From assembly GCF_000143415.4 (NCBI RefSeq), contig NW_003314442.1, positions 62,001 through 126,000 on the forward strand: a DNA stretch of 64,000 nt. The letters run 5' to 3'. The stretch comes from Selaginella moellendorffii (lineage: Eukaryota > Plantae > Lycopodiophyta). The notes under the pieces were generated by a model. It saw nothing but the letters and a program-made list of their open reading frames with translations, did not search any database and was not told the origin of the DNA. The position numbers and the translations under genes are program-made. Shown here in pieces: positions 12,674-26,000 of this stretch (positions within the stretch are counted from its first letter, which is position 1; every line of letters begins with the position of its first letter).

Positions 12674-14452
12674 TTACTCGTGAGGAGCAGCAATGGCGGA
12701 CAGGAGAATGTGCGGCGCCACGCTGTGGGGCTCCAGCGCCGCAACCTTCTTGGCAGCTTCGTGGGCGCGCCTCAGCTGCTGGCGGCTGGGGTGGATGTGG
12801 CAAGCGCCCAGCAGAGCTGTCCACGACACGGCGTCGGCGGCGCAGGGCATGAGCGTGATGAGCCCCTCCGCCTCATGCACCAGCCCCAGTCGCCCCAGGA
12901 TGCCTGCCATCGCACTGTAGTGCTCCTTGCCCGGCTGCAATCCGTAGTCGCTCGCCATGGACGCAAAGTAGCGGCAACCGGTGTGGAGCAGCCCAAAGTG
13001 GTTGCACACAACTAGGAGGCACAGATAGCTCACCTCGTCGGGCGCCGTGCCCTCCCAGGCCATGCTTGTCACCACTTCCGTGCCTCGCTCGCACTCGTCG
13101 TCACCGCCCAGGTGCGCATACGCCGCCAGCATGGTGTTCCACGACAACAAGTCACGGGCGGGCATGACGTCGAACAAGGCCCGCGCTGCCCACAGATGCC
13201 CGTTTCGGGCATACACACTCAAGAGCGCATTCCAGGTGGCGACGTTGCGATGTGGCGCCTGGGAAAAGAGGCGATGCGCTCCATGGACGTCCTCGCTCTG
13301 CCCGTAAGCCACCACCATTGCGTTCCATGACACCAGGCTGCAATAGGGCAGCTTGTCAAACAGCACCTTGGCCTCCTCCAGATGCCCTCTCTGGGCATAC
13401 GCCACGAACATTGTCGTGTGCAGTACCAAGTCCTGCCTCCCGCCCAAGCAGTCAAACAGCTGCCTGGCGTCGCCCAGCCTCCCGGCCTGAGAATAGCAAG
13501 AAAGCATCGAGTTTACGGTGACCACGTTCCACTCCGGAATGGCATCAAACACACCGGCGGCCTCGTCCAGAATGGCAGCAGCAGCAGCAGTGCCACCCCC
13601 AGCCGCGCCATGCTGCGCGAGACCACTCATATAAGTGTTCCAAGAGATTAGGTTGTGCTGTGGCATATAGTGCACCAGAGTGGTCTTGGCGGCGTCCAAG
13701 TCCCCCGTCACAATGCGGGCACGCAGAAGGCTGTTCCACGCTACCACATCCCTGCCCGGCATTTGCTGGAAGAGCGCGGCAGCACGCTCCCCGTTCCCCG
13801 CCTCGTTGAACGCACTCATCATGCTGCACCAGCTTTGCAGGTTGTGCTCCGGCATGGCATTGAACACGCGCTCTGCTTTCTCACCATGCCCTGATGCGGC
13901 ATATGCAAATAAAAGCGCGTTCCACGACACCAAGCTGTACTGTGGCATTCCATCAAACATGAGGTGAGCTGCCTCGACGTTGCCATTGCTGCCATACAAG
14001 GCCAGCATCGCCGTCCAGCTTACGATATTGGGCTGTGGCATAGCGTCGAAGGTAGCCTTAGCAGCCTCGAGGTGCCCTTTGTCGGCATATCCTTGGAGGA
14101 GCAGCGTCCAGGCCACCACGTTTGGCCGCGGCATTGCGTCCAGTACTTGTTTGGCCGCCTCCACATTCCCGCTTTGGATGTAGGCGCCAAGGAGGAGCGT
14201 CCACGAGTGGTCGTTGGGGTGGCGGACGGTAGCAAACACTCGCCTGGCGTCACCACTGCTGCCACAGCGGCCAAACATATGAATGACAAGATTGCACAGG
14301 TAGACATCGGTGTGTCTAGCAGCCGCGACAATGCGCGCGTGCACCGCCCTTCCCTCCTCAACGTTGCTGCATCTGGATATCGCCGCAGCCCACTCATGCT
14401 GCAGCGCATGGTGCGTTGTGGGAGCTAGTGGGAGCCAGGAGACGGCATCCAT
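12674..14452 (-). CDS. PLS-class pentatricopeptide repeat protein with E domain, no DYW, intronless
   Basis: Many FDxMP--(N/D)(L/V)VSW(N/T) repeats, ending YGLQPGKEHYSAMAGILGRLG...MPCAADAVSWTALLGAC...APHILLS. Start codon uncertain. Confidence 0.88.
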   Translation of the reverse strand: MDAVSWLPLAPTTHHALQHEWAAAISRCSNVEEGRAVHARIVAAARHTDVYLCNLVIHMFGRCGSSGDARRVFATVRHPNDHSWTLLLGAYIQSGNVEAAKQVLDAMPRPNVVAWTLLLQGYADKGHLEAAKATFDAMPQPNIVSWTAMLALYGSNGNVEAAHLMFDGMPQYSLVSWNALLFAYAASGHGEKAERVFNAMPEHNLQSWCSMMSAFNEAGNGERAAALFQQMPGRDVVAWNSLLRARIVTGDLDAAKTTLVHYMPQHNLISWNTYMSGLAQHGAAGGGTAAAAAILDEAAGVFDAIPEWNVVTVNSMLSCYSQAGRLGDARQLFDCLGGRQDLVLHTTMFVAYAQRGHLEEAKVLFDKLPYCSLVSWNAMVVAYGQSEDVHGAHRLFSQAPHRNVATWNALLSVYARNGHLWAARALFDVMPARDLLSWNTMLAAYAHLGGDDECERGTEVVTSMAWEGTAPDEVSYLCLLVVCNHFGLLHTGCRYFASMASDYGLQPGKEHYSAMAGILGRLGLVHEAEGLITLMPCAADAVSWTALLGACHIHPSRQQLRRAHEAAKKVAALEPHSVAPHILLSAIAAPHE

Positions 14453-14908
14453 CCTGGATGGGGTTTCGCTGGTGGCAGGGGCATCAGAGTAGGAGCAGGT
14501 GAAATTGCTGCAATGGTCCAGGCACATAGTACGTACATCTATTTGCGCTCCTTGGCCTCCTCCTGGGCCTTGGCTGATAGTACCTCCCACAGGCCGGTCA
14601 AAAACTCCACCATCTCCGCCAGCGGCACGGGTCGCGAGAAATGGCGTGGCTCCTCGGCTTGCAAGATGTGGCAAGTCTCGTTCCAGCTGCCATCAACAGA
14701 CTAGGTGAGGCCAATCAAACAAAGTGGAGAAGAACCAGAGCCAACTTGATGGTTCGACTCCCCCTTTTGCGGTTGCGTGACGGCTTGGGGCATGCCCTCC
14801 GCCTCCATTCCCGTCTCTGCTCCTTCCACAGCTCCACTCCAAAGCGATGGCATGCCATGACAGCCATGGTCTTGCCTGTCAAGCCCTAAAAAAAAGAGTT
14901 TGGTGGTG

Positions 14909-15892
14909 ATGGCGGCAGCGGTGGTGCGCATCCGCAGCCGCGACGGGCTGGAGAGAGTGAGTGTTCACCCCAAGGCGACGGTGCTGGAGCTGCAGATGGC
15001 TATCGAGCGGGAGCTCCAGGTCCCGGTGAGCGCCCAGTATGTGTCGAGAAATCAGTCCCTGCTCATGGCCAAGGATCCCAGTGGCGCTGCGCTCATGGCG
15101 GCGGACATGAGGGATCCCTCGGCTGCGCTGTCGTCGCTAGGTATCGGGCACGGATCCGTTGTGTTTCTGTTTTACAGCGGGAAGCGGGAGGTGGCCGGCC
15201 CAAAGGTGACGCCGTCGGGGGCGTTTGGCAAGAAGATGACCATGGACGACCTCATCGCCAGGCAGACGAGGGTGGAGCGGCAGCAGCATGCCCACTGCAA
15301 CTCGCTCAGCTTCGACAGGGCGGCGGCCAACGCGTTCCAACACTACGTGCACGAGACGCTGGCCTTCGGCGTCAAGCGGGGTGGCTTCATGTATGGCAGC
15401 GTCACGGAGCAAGGGGATGCCCTGGTCCACTTCATCTACGAGCCTCCGCAGCAGGGCAGCGAGGACGGCCTTCTCCTGCTGCGAGACCCCGACGAGGAGA
15501 GGCGGGCCGACGGCATCGCTGCGGGCCTGGGCATGAGGCGCCTGGGTTTCATCTTCACGCACACCATCAGTCAGGGCAAGGCCGACTACACGCTGAGCAA
15601 CGCCGAGATCCGCCAGGCTGCCCAGCTGCACGCCGAGAGCAACTTTGACGCCTGGACCACGGCGCTGGTCAAGCTCGAGGCCAATGGCGACGTCCAGTTT
15701 GAGTCCTTCCAGCTCAGCGACCAGTGCATCAAGCTGTGGAAGGAGGGCTGGTTTGTCCAGGACGCCGAGGATGTGAATCCCAAGCTGTCGAGGATGAACA
15801 AGGAGGTGGTGATCCTGGGCAAGGATACCAGGGACGTTGACAACGTCCTCTTCCTTGTGCCCGTCAAGATCCTCGACCACCAGGTGAGACGG

Positions 15893-15934
<42 letters not shown>

Positions 15935-16234
15935 CTGACCCCTGAAGCGCTATCGATCTGTCTGTGCATGCAGGGTCCCCTGTCGTGCAATTTCCCCATC
16001 GAGAACAGGCTGACGCTCCCCAGCTTTGAATCGCTGCGGAGCCACCTCGACAGCAACAAGAGCCGGCCGTACGTGCAAAGGATCTCCGATTTCCATCTGC
16101 TCCTGTTCCTCTCCAAGTCCCTGGACATCGACACCGACATCCCTCGGCTGACTGAGGCAATCTCCACGCAGGGCTCGGTACCCGATGGCTACCAGCTTCT
16201 CATCGACTCGCTGGCTAGCAATCACTCCTACTGA
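14909..16234 (+). CDS. NPL4: NPL4-like protein (CDC48/p97 cofactor), 2 exons
   Basis: VVRIRSRDGLERV UBL start, GAFGKKMTMDDLIARQ, FGVKRGGFMYG, FIYEPPQQG, GFIFTH, FPIENR. Intron about 15884-15973. Confidence 0.92.
15899..15931 (+). repeat. (CT)n microsatellite in NPL4 intron
   Basis: Uninterrupted CT dinucleotide run. Confidence 0.9.
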
Positions 16235-16253
16235 TGGGACGAAGACACTATTT

Positions 16254-17834
16254 TTATGGAAATTGAGCGTCCTTGAAAAAATTGGTGTAGAACCTGAGAC
16301 CGTCGGGACCGTCGTCTCGGCACAAGAAGCCTAAAACACGACACAAGGCTCAGCGGCAGGGCGCGCGCGGAGACTACATGCGTACCTCGAGCCTCTGCAG
16401 AGAAGAGGTGCTCCTTGGCAAGAGCTGGAGCAACACCCAGGCACTTTGCCGCTTCCCTCGCACCAACGCCAGTGCGCAAGTCATCCACGAGACGCATGAT
16501 CCTCGCCACCACCTGCAACCAAATGTAGCACTAGTTGGAGAATAAAAACGTACCTCGTCATCGCTCTTGGACTTGATTTGTATGGCGAGGGCTCCACTGT
16601 CGAAGCGGCGCAGCATCACGGGCCTGGCAAAGTCAAGTCAGTCGAGTGCGAACGGCTGGCAAGCCTGGGCTTACACGTCGAGTCTGTCCCACAGGTCACA
16701 TGCCTGGAGCAAATCCTCGGGAGATATAAGCTCTACGCGAAGCCAAAGCGAATTCCACTGTCGACGTGCCAGATTTCAAAAACAAGGGAGCCACAATCGT
16801 ATACCTGTTCCCCTCGCGCGGTTGAACAAGCAGTAGACATCAACTAGAGCCAGCATCCCTCCCGCGCTTTGCAGAGGGCTCCCCACAAAGTCGGCCAACT
16901 TGAGGGCCAAAGTTAGCTAGACGCATGACATGCGCGAACGAGATCGAATCACTCACCTGTCGCGAAAGCTGTTGGTGGTAGAGTGCACCCGCTGATTCTT
17001 TGGTAACTGGCGATGCGATGCCAACGCTCAGCAGCAAGTCGTGGAGCTCCTGCTGTGATCCCGATGCCGAGCCTTCTGTCAAGAGCCGGGCACGCATCTT
17101 ATCAGCAAGTAGTACCATCTCCTTCGCTTTTCCCTGAAACAACAAGGACGAGGCTAGAATCTATCAAATCTTAGAGGCGTTTGACTGGAAAGCACCATGA
17201 GCGCGTTGAGATCGTGGAAGGCCTCTTGCAGGTTTTTATCTGTTTGTTCCCACTGCTCCTGCTCCTTTCTCAAAATGCCAGACACTCCAGCTCGGGATGG
17301 ATTCCAGTGGGACGAGGGCGTGGACGCGGATGCTGTGGAGGGGTTGACGGCGGCCGCGGGAAGAGTTTCCCATGCCCTCGACTGCAACACCGCTCCAAGC
17401 TGCGACACCAGGTTGTCGAAGCTGCTGGCGTGGCCCCGGAAGGAAAGGAGGAGCGTGACGGAGCTGTGCGCGGCAGCAGCTCCCTGGAGGCACAGCTTGC
17501 CGTTGGCACAAGTCCACACATAGACCCTGAGGCGCAGGGTGGAAGAGAAGACGGACTTGAGGCCCTTTCGGGGAGCCGAGATCCGCGACACCGAGGACAA
17601 GGGCAGGAAGAAGGCGGATCGGGAGTGCTGGTGCACCCAAAACATCCGGGCATTGGTGAGGATGAGGAGGCCAGACCTAAGTGGATCGCCCTCCACCCCG
17701 CTGTCCACCACTTCAATGTCCACTCCATCCAGCAGCTGGCATTCCACCTCTCCGGGCCCCAACAGCGGCCTGCCCGCGTCGCTCAGCGCGCCACTCTCGA
17801 GCAGCCGCTCCGCCCACCTCGAGCCCGAGCCCAT
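16254..17834 (-). CDS. VPS36: ESCRT-II subunit VPS36, multi-exon
   Basis: GLUE-like N-terminus ([21 protein letters not shown]...GLLILTNAR), [66 protein letters not shown]. Confidence 0.92.
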
Positions 17835-17872
17835 TGGGAAGGAATGGCATGACCTAATATATTTCTCGACAA

Positions 17873-18422
17873 TCAACATATCTGAAAGGGTGCTTCCGCG
17901 AGAGCCCTGGAAGCCGGCACCTTGTCCGGGACGAAGTCCGCCAAGAACTCGAGTTTGTCCATGGACGACACCGCGGAAGCTGCAGCAACCCTCTCACTCT
18001 CACGGTCTGAAGCACAAAACGAGGCAAATTTCCACTCACACAGGTCCTTGTACACGAGGGTGGATCTGTCCTCCCCGGCCATGCCCTTGAATGCATCCTC
18101 CACGAACTGCTCCAGGAAGAGCTCCTGCGCCATACACAAGACAAACAGAGAGATCGCATCAAGAGAGACACGGACACGATACCGCGGCTTTGGCAATCAC
18201 CACAATGGCTTCCATGCCCACCATGGCTATATCGTTCTCGCTCTTGATCAGCCGCCGCAGCCTCGACACCGGGAAGGGCAGGGACATGGCGGGTGAGAGC
18301 AGCTCCTCCTCCACGGCACCCCCATTCATGCGCACCTGCTCGTCCCATTCGCGAGCATCCTCTTCCTCCTCCTCTTCCTCCTCCTCACCCACGCCTTCGA
18401 CCACCACCGCATCCTCCTCCAT
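17873..18422 (-). CDS. Histone-fold protein of the DPB3/CHRAC1/NF-YC class, 3 exons
   Basis: Acidic N-terminus, then LPFPVSRLRRLIKSENDI...IAKAAELFLEQFV...TLVYKDL...KLEFLADFVP. Confidence 0.82.
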
Positions 18423-18507
18423 TTTGCTGTGTGCCCTAAGTAGTAAGTCAGTTCATTTAACAATGGGAAATGTCAAGATCAAGTTTGACAGAGCTCAAGG
18501 AAAACAA

Positions 18508-19772
18508 TCAATCCCCCGACCCGATGCCGAAGGAGGACTTGAGGGCCTGGAAGAGCCTGTGGCCGAGGATGACGTTGGCGGCGTCGGTGGGGTGGAAAGG
18601 GTCCCAGAAGAGGTGGTTGCTTCTGTTGGAGCACATGTTGGAGATTGGCCTGGGGAAGCAGGGCAGCTGGCCGTTGAATCTCCCACCCCCGCAGCACCCG
18701 CGGTTGACACTCTCCATGCCGTAGGCGCCAGGCGTGGCAACCATGGCGGCAACGGGTGTGTAGGTGTCGGCGTACACAATGCGGGCGCCTGGGAGCAGCG
18801 AGTGGAGCGACGCCAGCATGTCCTGCAGGCCGAGGTTGAAGCCGAGCATGAGCTGGTTGACGCTATCCACGCACGCCCCGTCGCTGCTCTTCTGCGCCAG
18901 CTGCGACGGGATGCAGCCCAGCGGGCCCAGCGATGCCACCACCATCCTCCGCGCCCCCAGGCGGTACAGCTCCTACACACCACGTTTATTCCATCTTAGC
19001 ACGCTTTGAGGGCGCCACATATATGCTCACCGTCAGGTGCTGGGCGTAGGCAGCCAGGAGCAGGTCCTGGAACTGGCGCTCGCTGTAGCGGAACCTGGTG
19101 GCCGAGTCCGGCAGCAAGTAGTTGTTGATGTAGTCGTTGTTTCCAATGACGATGGCGAAGAGTGAATCGGAGAGGAGCTGCTGGCAGCCGCTACTGCCCA
19201 GCTGCTGGACGAGGCCCGACAGCGTCTGCTGGAAGTAGTGCAGCTGCTGCGACATTGATATCCGCTCAATCTGCAGACAGAGCGGGGGGGATCAAAATGC
19301 AATCCACACGGCTACCCTACCTTGAATCACCTACATAGTTCTTGCCGCTTTCGTCCAGAATGCCGCCGGCACCAGAGGCATAGTTGACACCCTTGAGGAT
19401 GCGGGCGTTCTTGGTGCTTGGGTCCAGAAACGCAGGCACGTATGGCAATCCAATGAGCTCGCCTGCAGAAAAGATGAGGCGGCAGGACAAAACAGTACTA
19501 GGTAGATACTACTTACACACAACATCCAGCACCGTCTTGCCGTTGCAGAAGCGGCCGGTGGCACCCCAAGGTGAATCGATGCCATAGGGTGCAACATTGG
19601 CTTTGGCGAGGGTGAGCAAATAGTTGTTGTTCCCCACATCCACCAGGGAATCCCCGAATATGAACATAGCAGGAACCAGGGCCCCGGCGGCAGCAGCCCT
19701 TGCCCTTCCCACGAGGAGGAAGACGACGAGGAGTAGGCGCCGCCCGTGGATGGCCTTGGCACACCACTTCAT
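18508..19772 (-). CDS. GDSL esterase/lipase
   Basis: Signal peptide, FIFGDSLVDVGNNNYL, TGRFCNG, GVNYASG, IGNNDY, FWDPFHPT. Confidence 0.93.
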
Positions 19773-20022
19773 CTCTGCTCCTCTTCTTCTTTGGAGAGCT
19801 CAACAAAGACCAAGGCGGGCTCGGCTACCAATGCTTAGGACATTCATTCTACTAGTTAAATCTCACGTCTGTGCATGTCACGTCCACACATGAATGCAAA
19901 TCAGAAAGGGCAGCAGGCAATTTGCTTATGATGTTTGAAAAGGTGGCGGTCCTTTAAACAACTTAAGTTACTTCGTACAAAAAAGTTCCAAAATAATGTA
20001 CACTACTTACACTATAATCCAA

Positions 20023-23000
20023 TTACAGCTCTGATAAAATGGCCGGGATATAGTGTGACAGTTCTGCAGTGAGAGACTGGAAGCCATTCACCAGCTGCGA
20101 ATGGAAATCTTGGTCTTCCTCCCCGATGAGCCTCGAGTGGATGCGTATCGCTCGCTTGCACACAGCCATAAACTCTAGCAATGCAGCAATCAGCTGCTGG
20201 AGCTCCTGGGACCGGAGCTTTGTCGCTGGCTCTCCAGAAAGGAAAGCCGAGCATACTCCTAGCACACCGCTGTTCACCTGAGAGTACAAGGAGCCATGAG
20301 CACAACAGTACTAGAAAAACACCACCCCAACGCTTACCTGTACTGCAACGCTGCCCTGAAGGATCCTTTGTAAGCTCTGCAGCCGAGGGAGATGGTCACC
20401 CTCGGAGTTGCGAGGCTCTTCGAGTTCATTTCTCAACGTAGCCGTCCTCGCTTCGATCATGCCTATGGCATTCTCTATGGGAGAGAACTCTCTCGACTCC
20501 GATTTGATCACGAGAAGCCGGTTTACCAGAGCGGGAAATGAGCCGTGCGTCTGCACGACCGTCCGCCTCTTCCACTGGTCCTCCAGTCCGCCTTGCGACT
20601 TGCCGTTTTTGGTAAACGGTGTATCAAACAGAAAGTGATCGAACACACGAGCACAGCTGCAAGCCGATGGTCGAGCAGCTATTCGTTCCTTCCGACTCTC
20701 CAAGTCCTCGCCTTCAAATATCGGATCCACCGAAGTTATTTGCAGATAGCACACGCCACTTTCTAGTTCGTCGGCTTTGACCTGGCGCGAATCTGGTATT
20801 ATGTGCAGCGTTTGGTCGGCACCCAGAACCAGCTCGTAGATGTGGCCCAGCTTCTCCATGATATCACCCAGGCGCACATCTTTGGCTTCCCTGTATACGT
20901 ACTCCCGTCGATTGAGCTTCCCAAACTGTTCCCCGTAGAAGCCGACACGGTAGTATGTCGCATCGATGAAGGGCAGCGGGCTCGACTCCTGCTCCACAAT
21001 TGACTCGTAAATAGCCGTCAGCGATGTGTGGCACTTGGCAAGCTGACCATAGGCTTTCCTGCTCTTGTGCACAGGAATCACCAGTTCCACAATCGCCGCA
21101 CAAAAATGGAAGAGCTCGGCCTGCGCAAAGAGCTTGTTGCCAAGCTGTAGATACTTGACAGCTGAATCCACCGTCAACTTCGACGCCCCATAGCCTTCTA
21201 CTTCGGCAGCCGATGCCTCCACTGAGGTGGCAAGCATCGGACAGATCCTGCGGAGCGCCTCCAGATTATCTCGCCCCCAAACTAAATCATTTCTCGCTAC
21301 CAAAGCCTGTAGACACCCATGCGTCAGTGTGAACATGCAACGGTAGCCCTTGCAGCTAAACTATACCTGCATAATGACGCCCGCTACGGCTACAGCACAC
21401 TCCGCAGCTTCGGCCCACGACTGCATTTCTTGGTGGGCGTCACAAAGGTGAAGCAGCCACATTATGTGTAAATCAGGCACATGTGCGTATGCGACTGCCA
21501 AGCTGTGGAAACTTTCTGCTGCCGCATACTTGTCCGTTGTCATTATGGTCCCCTGAAACATTACTCCAGTTAACCACACAGCGAAGTAGCAATATGCACG
21601 TACCAGGAGAGCGTGCTCGATACTTGCATCCAGAGCTTGCAGCAGGGCCACAGACATTTCTCGAACTTCCGACCACCGCCAGAGATTATCACGATCTCCA
21701 TCAACCGCGGCATCTAGACAATTCGCCGGGAGACCACATTCTTTCAACAGGCCATCACTTATTTCTTCTGAAGCCATTTCTTGCAGTGATCTTTTCAAAC
21801 GGCGAGCTTCGCCGCTCTCTTCAAAACTGCCATCAGGCTTCATCTGGGTGACCTGCACTTCAGACATTAGTTCTGAGAGTGTTATTGTCAGCATGACGCG
21901 CAACCTGGCTGTACTTTGAAAGTAATAAAAGGAGCTCTGCACTTGGCATCAAACACGTTAGAAACACCTGAGAAAACAGACACAGAGCTCACCCGAATAA
22001 GAATTTGAAGGCCCACAACAGCTCTCTTTCGTATCGAGTCGTTCCGATACACGGCAAGGTGCAAGAGATGGAACGCAATCTGCTTCAGGAAACGATCATT
22101 TTCTCTGCCCATTAGCGTCGCTCCATGACGTGTAAAGAGGTTGTTGAAGACAGGAAAGAATGCTTTCCAGAATATAAGAGGTTGGCTGTGGGAGAAGAAT
22201 CCCGTAAAAATAGCAGTGACACAATCCAGCTTTACGTAGTCAGTAGCAATGCTGTGCACAGACGCAACGTCTATGAATTTCTCCACTATTTCGAGCACCT
22301 GTAGGCTCACTGAAGTGCTAAGGTTCTCCTCCCAAAGCTCCTGTACAGTTCAGCTTGAATATAGAGAGCAACATCAAATCCATTTTCTTACGAGTTTCTG
22401 CCTCAGCATTGGGTGCAGGCTCTCGCGAAGAGCTCTGTTCGATGCCATTTTTCGAGAAGACTGTGCATGCGCCAAAGCTTCTCGTAGAGAGTAGGGCTGA
22501 CTTGGAGAATTTAAATGAGGACTTGGCTTTTTCCACAGGTGACCATTTTCCGGAGTTGCTTGAGGCTGCATCCACTGTAAAATGATGGTCTTAGTTATCG
22601 CTTTGCCTGAGATTCAGCACCTCACCTTCAGCTCCTGTCGAGAAGCTTGGCTAAAAAAAGTATGAACTGCGGGCGACAGCGTATCAGAGTATTTGGGTGA
22701 GTATGCACCTTCGCTTTCCGGTGTTTGCATTGGTAAAGCTCCACCCAAGGAATCATGCATCTTCCTATGCTGCACGGAGAATGGGAAAAGTAACTTCGTA
22801 GAAAAAGAGTTTACCTCAAAGAGGGAGAGACATTCTTCCATAAGTTTAAAGAAAAGTCTCGTACGAGCGACGCTCTGCTGCCATGCTTTTATCAATGACA
22901 TATCATCAAGATGTCGGATAATTTGTACAACGCAAATTAGAACTTCTCGTTTCTCTGTCGCATTAAGATTGTAAAACACTGGCATTTCATCCAGAATCTG

Positions 23001-26000
23001 AAGCACGCCCTTCAGAAAACGAGGTTATAAAGCTTGAATCGGAACATACCATGCCAACAAGTTGGAAGTACAGTTGTGATATGTACAGCTTGTCCTCGAG
23101 CTTCTGGTAGCGGCAGTCGAGCTCGTGCTTGCATGTGAGGACCACCAAAATGCGTGCTGCCTTTACAGAAACGCTTTAGAGCTCCCAAATACGAAAACTC
23201 AAATCTACCTTCGATCTTTGTGATAAATCATCGTGATCCCATGTCAGGAAAAGTTCTTGCATAAGGCTTGAAGCAAGATAGTTTCTGCAAATACAACAAA
23301 TTAAATACGCTTGTAAGAATGAATATGTCCGTACCTTTCAGAAGGGTCTCTTCCTGGCATTTCAATAAAAAGATCGTGGTCGCAGATGACTTGTAAGAAA
23401 GTCAGCTTACACTCGTGCAAAGAAGATTGGCAAACACCCGTAAACTTGTCAAAGTACAGCGCAATCTACAATAAAAAGAAGGCCTCGATTAGCAAACGCA
23501 AAAGTAACCAAAGCAACTTACTAGCTCAAACACTTGTCGGGGATCAACAACGGAAAGTAAATCATAGCAAAAGAATGCCAGACTGCTGTTCAACCTTCTG
23601 GCTAGGCTGAGGCCCTTTTTGGATCGATCGTGAACTTCCGTAAGCAAGCAATCGTACAAATTTGACACGCAGCGAAAAACTTCATCCGTTAGTTGCAAAG
23701 GTGGAGCATCCTCGTCTGCAAGGCAAGTTAATATCGGTAAGAAAGGTAGTTAGAAAAATCTGACCAGTAGGAAGGTTTTCCGGGAAAAGTCTAGCTTGCT
23801 CTAAAGCCATAGATCTAACGATCAGTTCGAAGAACACCCAAGCCATTGACAGCACGTCATCATATACAGGTCCAACTCGGTAGCCTTTTGCCTGCAAGAA
23901 AACTATTTCATGACAAGCTAACGAAGTTCCGATACTGCTACCTTGCTTCTAGCCAAGCCCCTCCAAACATTACACAATCCAGGGTAAACAGGAGGTCGAC
24001 GCCCACCAAAATCATCAAAAGCGTAGTCAATAAATTGAACAAGATAGCGGTTTCGTTCGGCCCCGTCAGACGATTCTTGTTGCACCCTGAAAAGTTTCAA
24101 AACTGAGCGATACATTCCATTTTTTTAAAAGAAAAGAAAAGAAAACAGACCTTGTAAGTATATTCACCATGGCACGAAATGCAGCAACCTGGCACCAGCA
24201 AAAACGTATTTACAGCACAAATATAGAACTCCACATCATTAACCTGAAGGGTTTCCCCGCTGTCACTGATCAGATGCAACAACATATTCATCAAAGGTTG
24301 CAAAAATTGGAGCATGGACGTTGAATCCACATTCTTCAGACTGTTGATTGGCTGGTATTCATATAAGTGTTAGGACTCTTCAATAAAATTGGCGAACAAA
24401 CACAAACCTCCAAAAGCTCGGAGCCCCAGGGAGCATTGGCCCTTAAAATGTGGCGATCAAATTCTATAGTGAAGTCCCTAATGCGCTCGTTTACTGAATA
24501 TAATGAGGAACAAAGACGCAAGCGCAGCCTCAGCAATGCCCTCCCATCTTCCAAATGCTCAATTTTGTCCTGAAGAAATAACAATATGATACCAGTGAGC
24601 TATTTGCGACAGTACCTTTACAGAGTCTTGAAGATAATGCGGAACAAGATCCTTTAGGATCGGAAGGCTGGCATCAGAAAAGCGCATGCTTCTGTCGAAG
24701 AGACAATCAAGAATAAGTTTCAAATTTTCAACACACGTACTGAGCACCAGCTAAGAGGGGCAGGATAGCGTAGCCGACGACTACCTGCAACAATACCAAA
24801 AGTGAGAGACATGATGTTAGAGGAAGGAAAACAGCGTACTGGTTTTGGAGCCTCGAGTTTCATATTAAGATCCACGTGGAATAAAGTAAACAGAATGTGA
24901 TGTTGTGCCGTTAGTACCGCCGGCAAATTCATTTTAAATTCGTCATGGTAATATGCCGTTCGAGAAGCCACAGCAATTTGAGAATATGCCCACTCTCGCA
25001 TGCCGGATTCAGCGTCACGGGGGTAAATAGCCTGGTGTAAGAAGAACTAAGCATCTGGCTCACAAATGCAAGACATACCTCCATTGCAGGCGTCTGGAGA
25101 TCAATGTCATCCTTTCGGACCTCCACCCTGATGAAGAGATTCCTCTTCTTACTAAACGTTACAGACAGCGGGTACACGTAAAGGCAGTGTATCGACTGCG
25201 TAAAAGGCTCACTCTTTGTAAAATGCCGAAACTCCATAAGAGGATGCTGGGAAAGATTAAAATTGTTAGGAACAACGCGTCACCACAGCACATCACTTAC
25301 ATCTGCAGGCAGCAATCGCTGCTTCACCTCAACGTTCCCAACCCGTCTCTTTCTGTTGTCCAAATCCGCATCACTGCTCCTTCCATCTGCCTCGCCGACC
25401 TGACTATCCTGGTTGTCAGGACTGCTACATACTGATGCTGCGTCTGGATCTAGATCCTCGGGGGCAAGGCGCTCGACTTCAAAGCGCAACGTAGCTTTGA
25501 TAGGTTTATGAGCTTTCTTCTTCGGATCCTGCAAACATACGGCTCAGAGCGCCGGGCAGCAATGATCCTTTACAAACCTGAAGCCAGTCTTCATTGTAGC
25601 ATTCCTTTACACGATTAAGGCCCGGAACGTCTAGCATGATGGGGTGGCCAAGACGCTTCCCCCCTTCCCCAACCGCGTCTGCTCCAGAGAGGGGACTGCT
25701 TGGAGAAGAGATACCTGTCATTGCCCCAGTTACACTCAAGTCAAACAACGGGACGGTGGCCCAAGCAAACGGCTCTTTGAATGGCATTATTCGAGCCCAT
25801 ACTTGGAGCCTTTGCTTCTCTCTTTCCGTCAAATGAGCCTGAAGACAGCGGTTAGCTTCACGGCCAGAGCTGATCAAGTAAAGAAAAACGTACAGGCTCC
25901 TTACGCGAATACACAGAGGATTTTACGCCACCTTCCTCAGTTGCATGCTTCTCGAGCTGCACAAGCATACAAATGGATGCCGAAGGAGCATCCACCGAAA

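Noticed and set aside
14453-14674. N-terminal extension of the PPR ORF
   Set aside because: It starts at a non-ATG codon and has no recognisable content. The real start is probably a downstream ATG.
11735-18999. Long antisense/alternative-frame ORFs (e.g. 11735-12589, 15137-15880, 17181-17852, 18091-18999)
   Set aside because: These are shadows of GC-rich coding sequence with no recognisable motifs.
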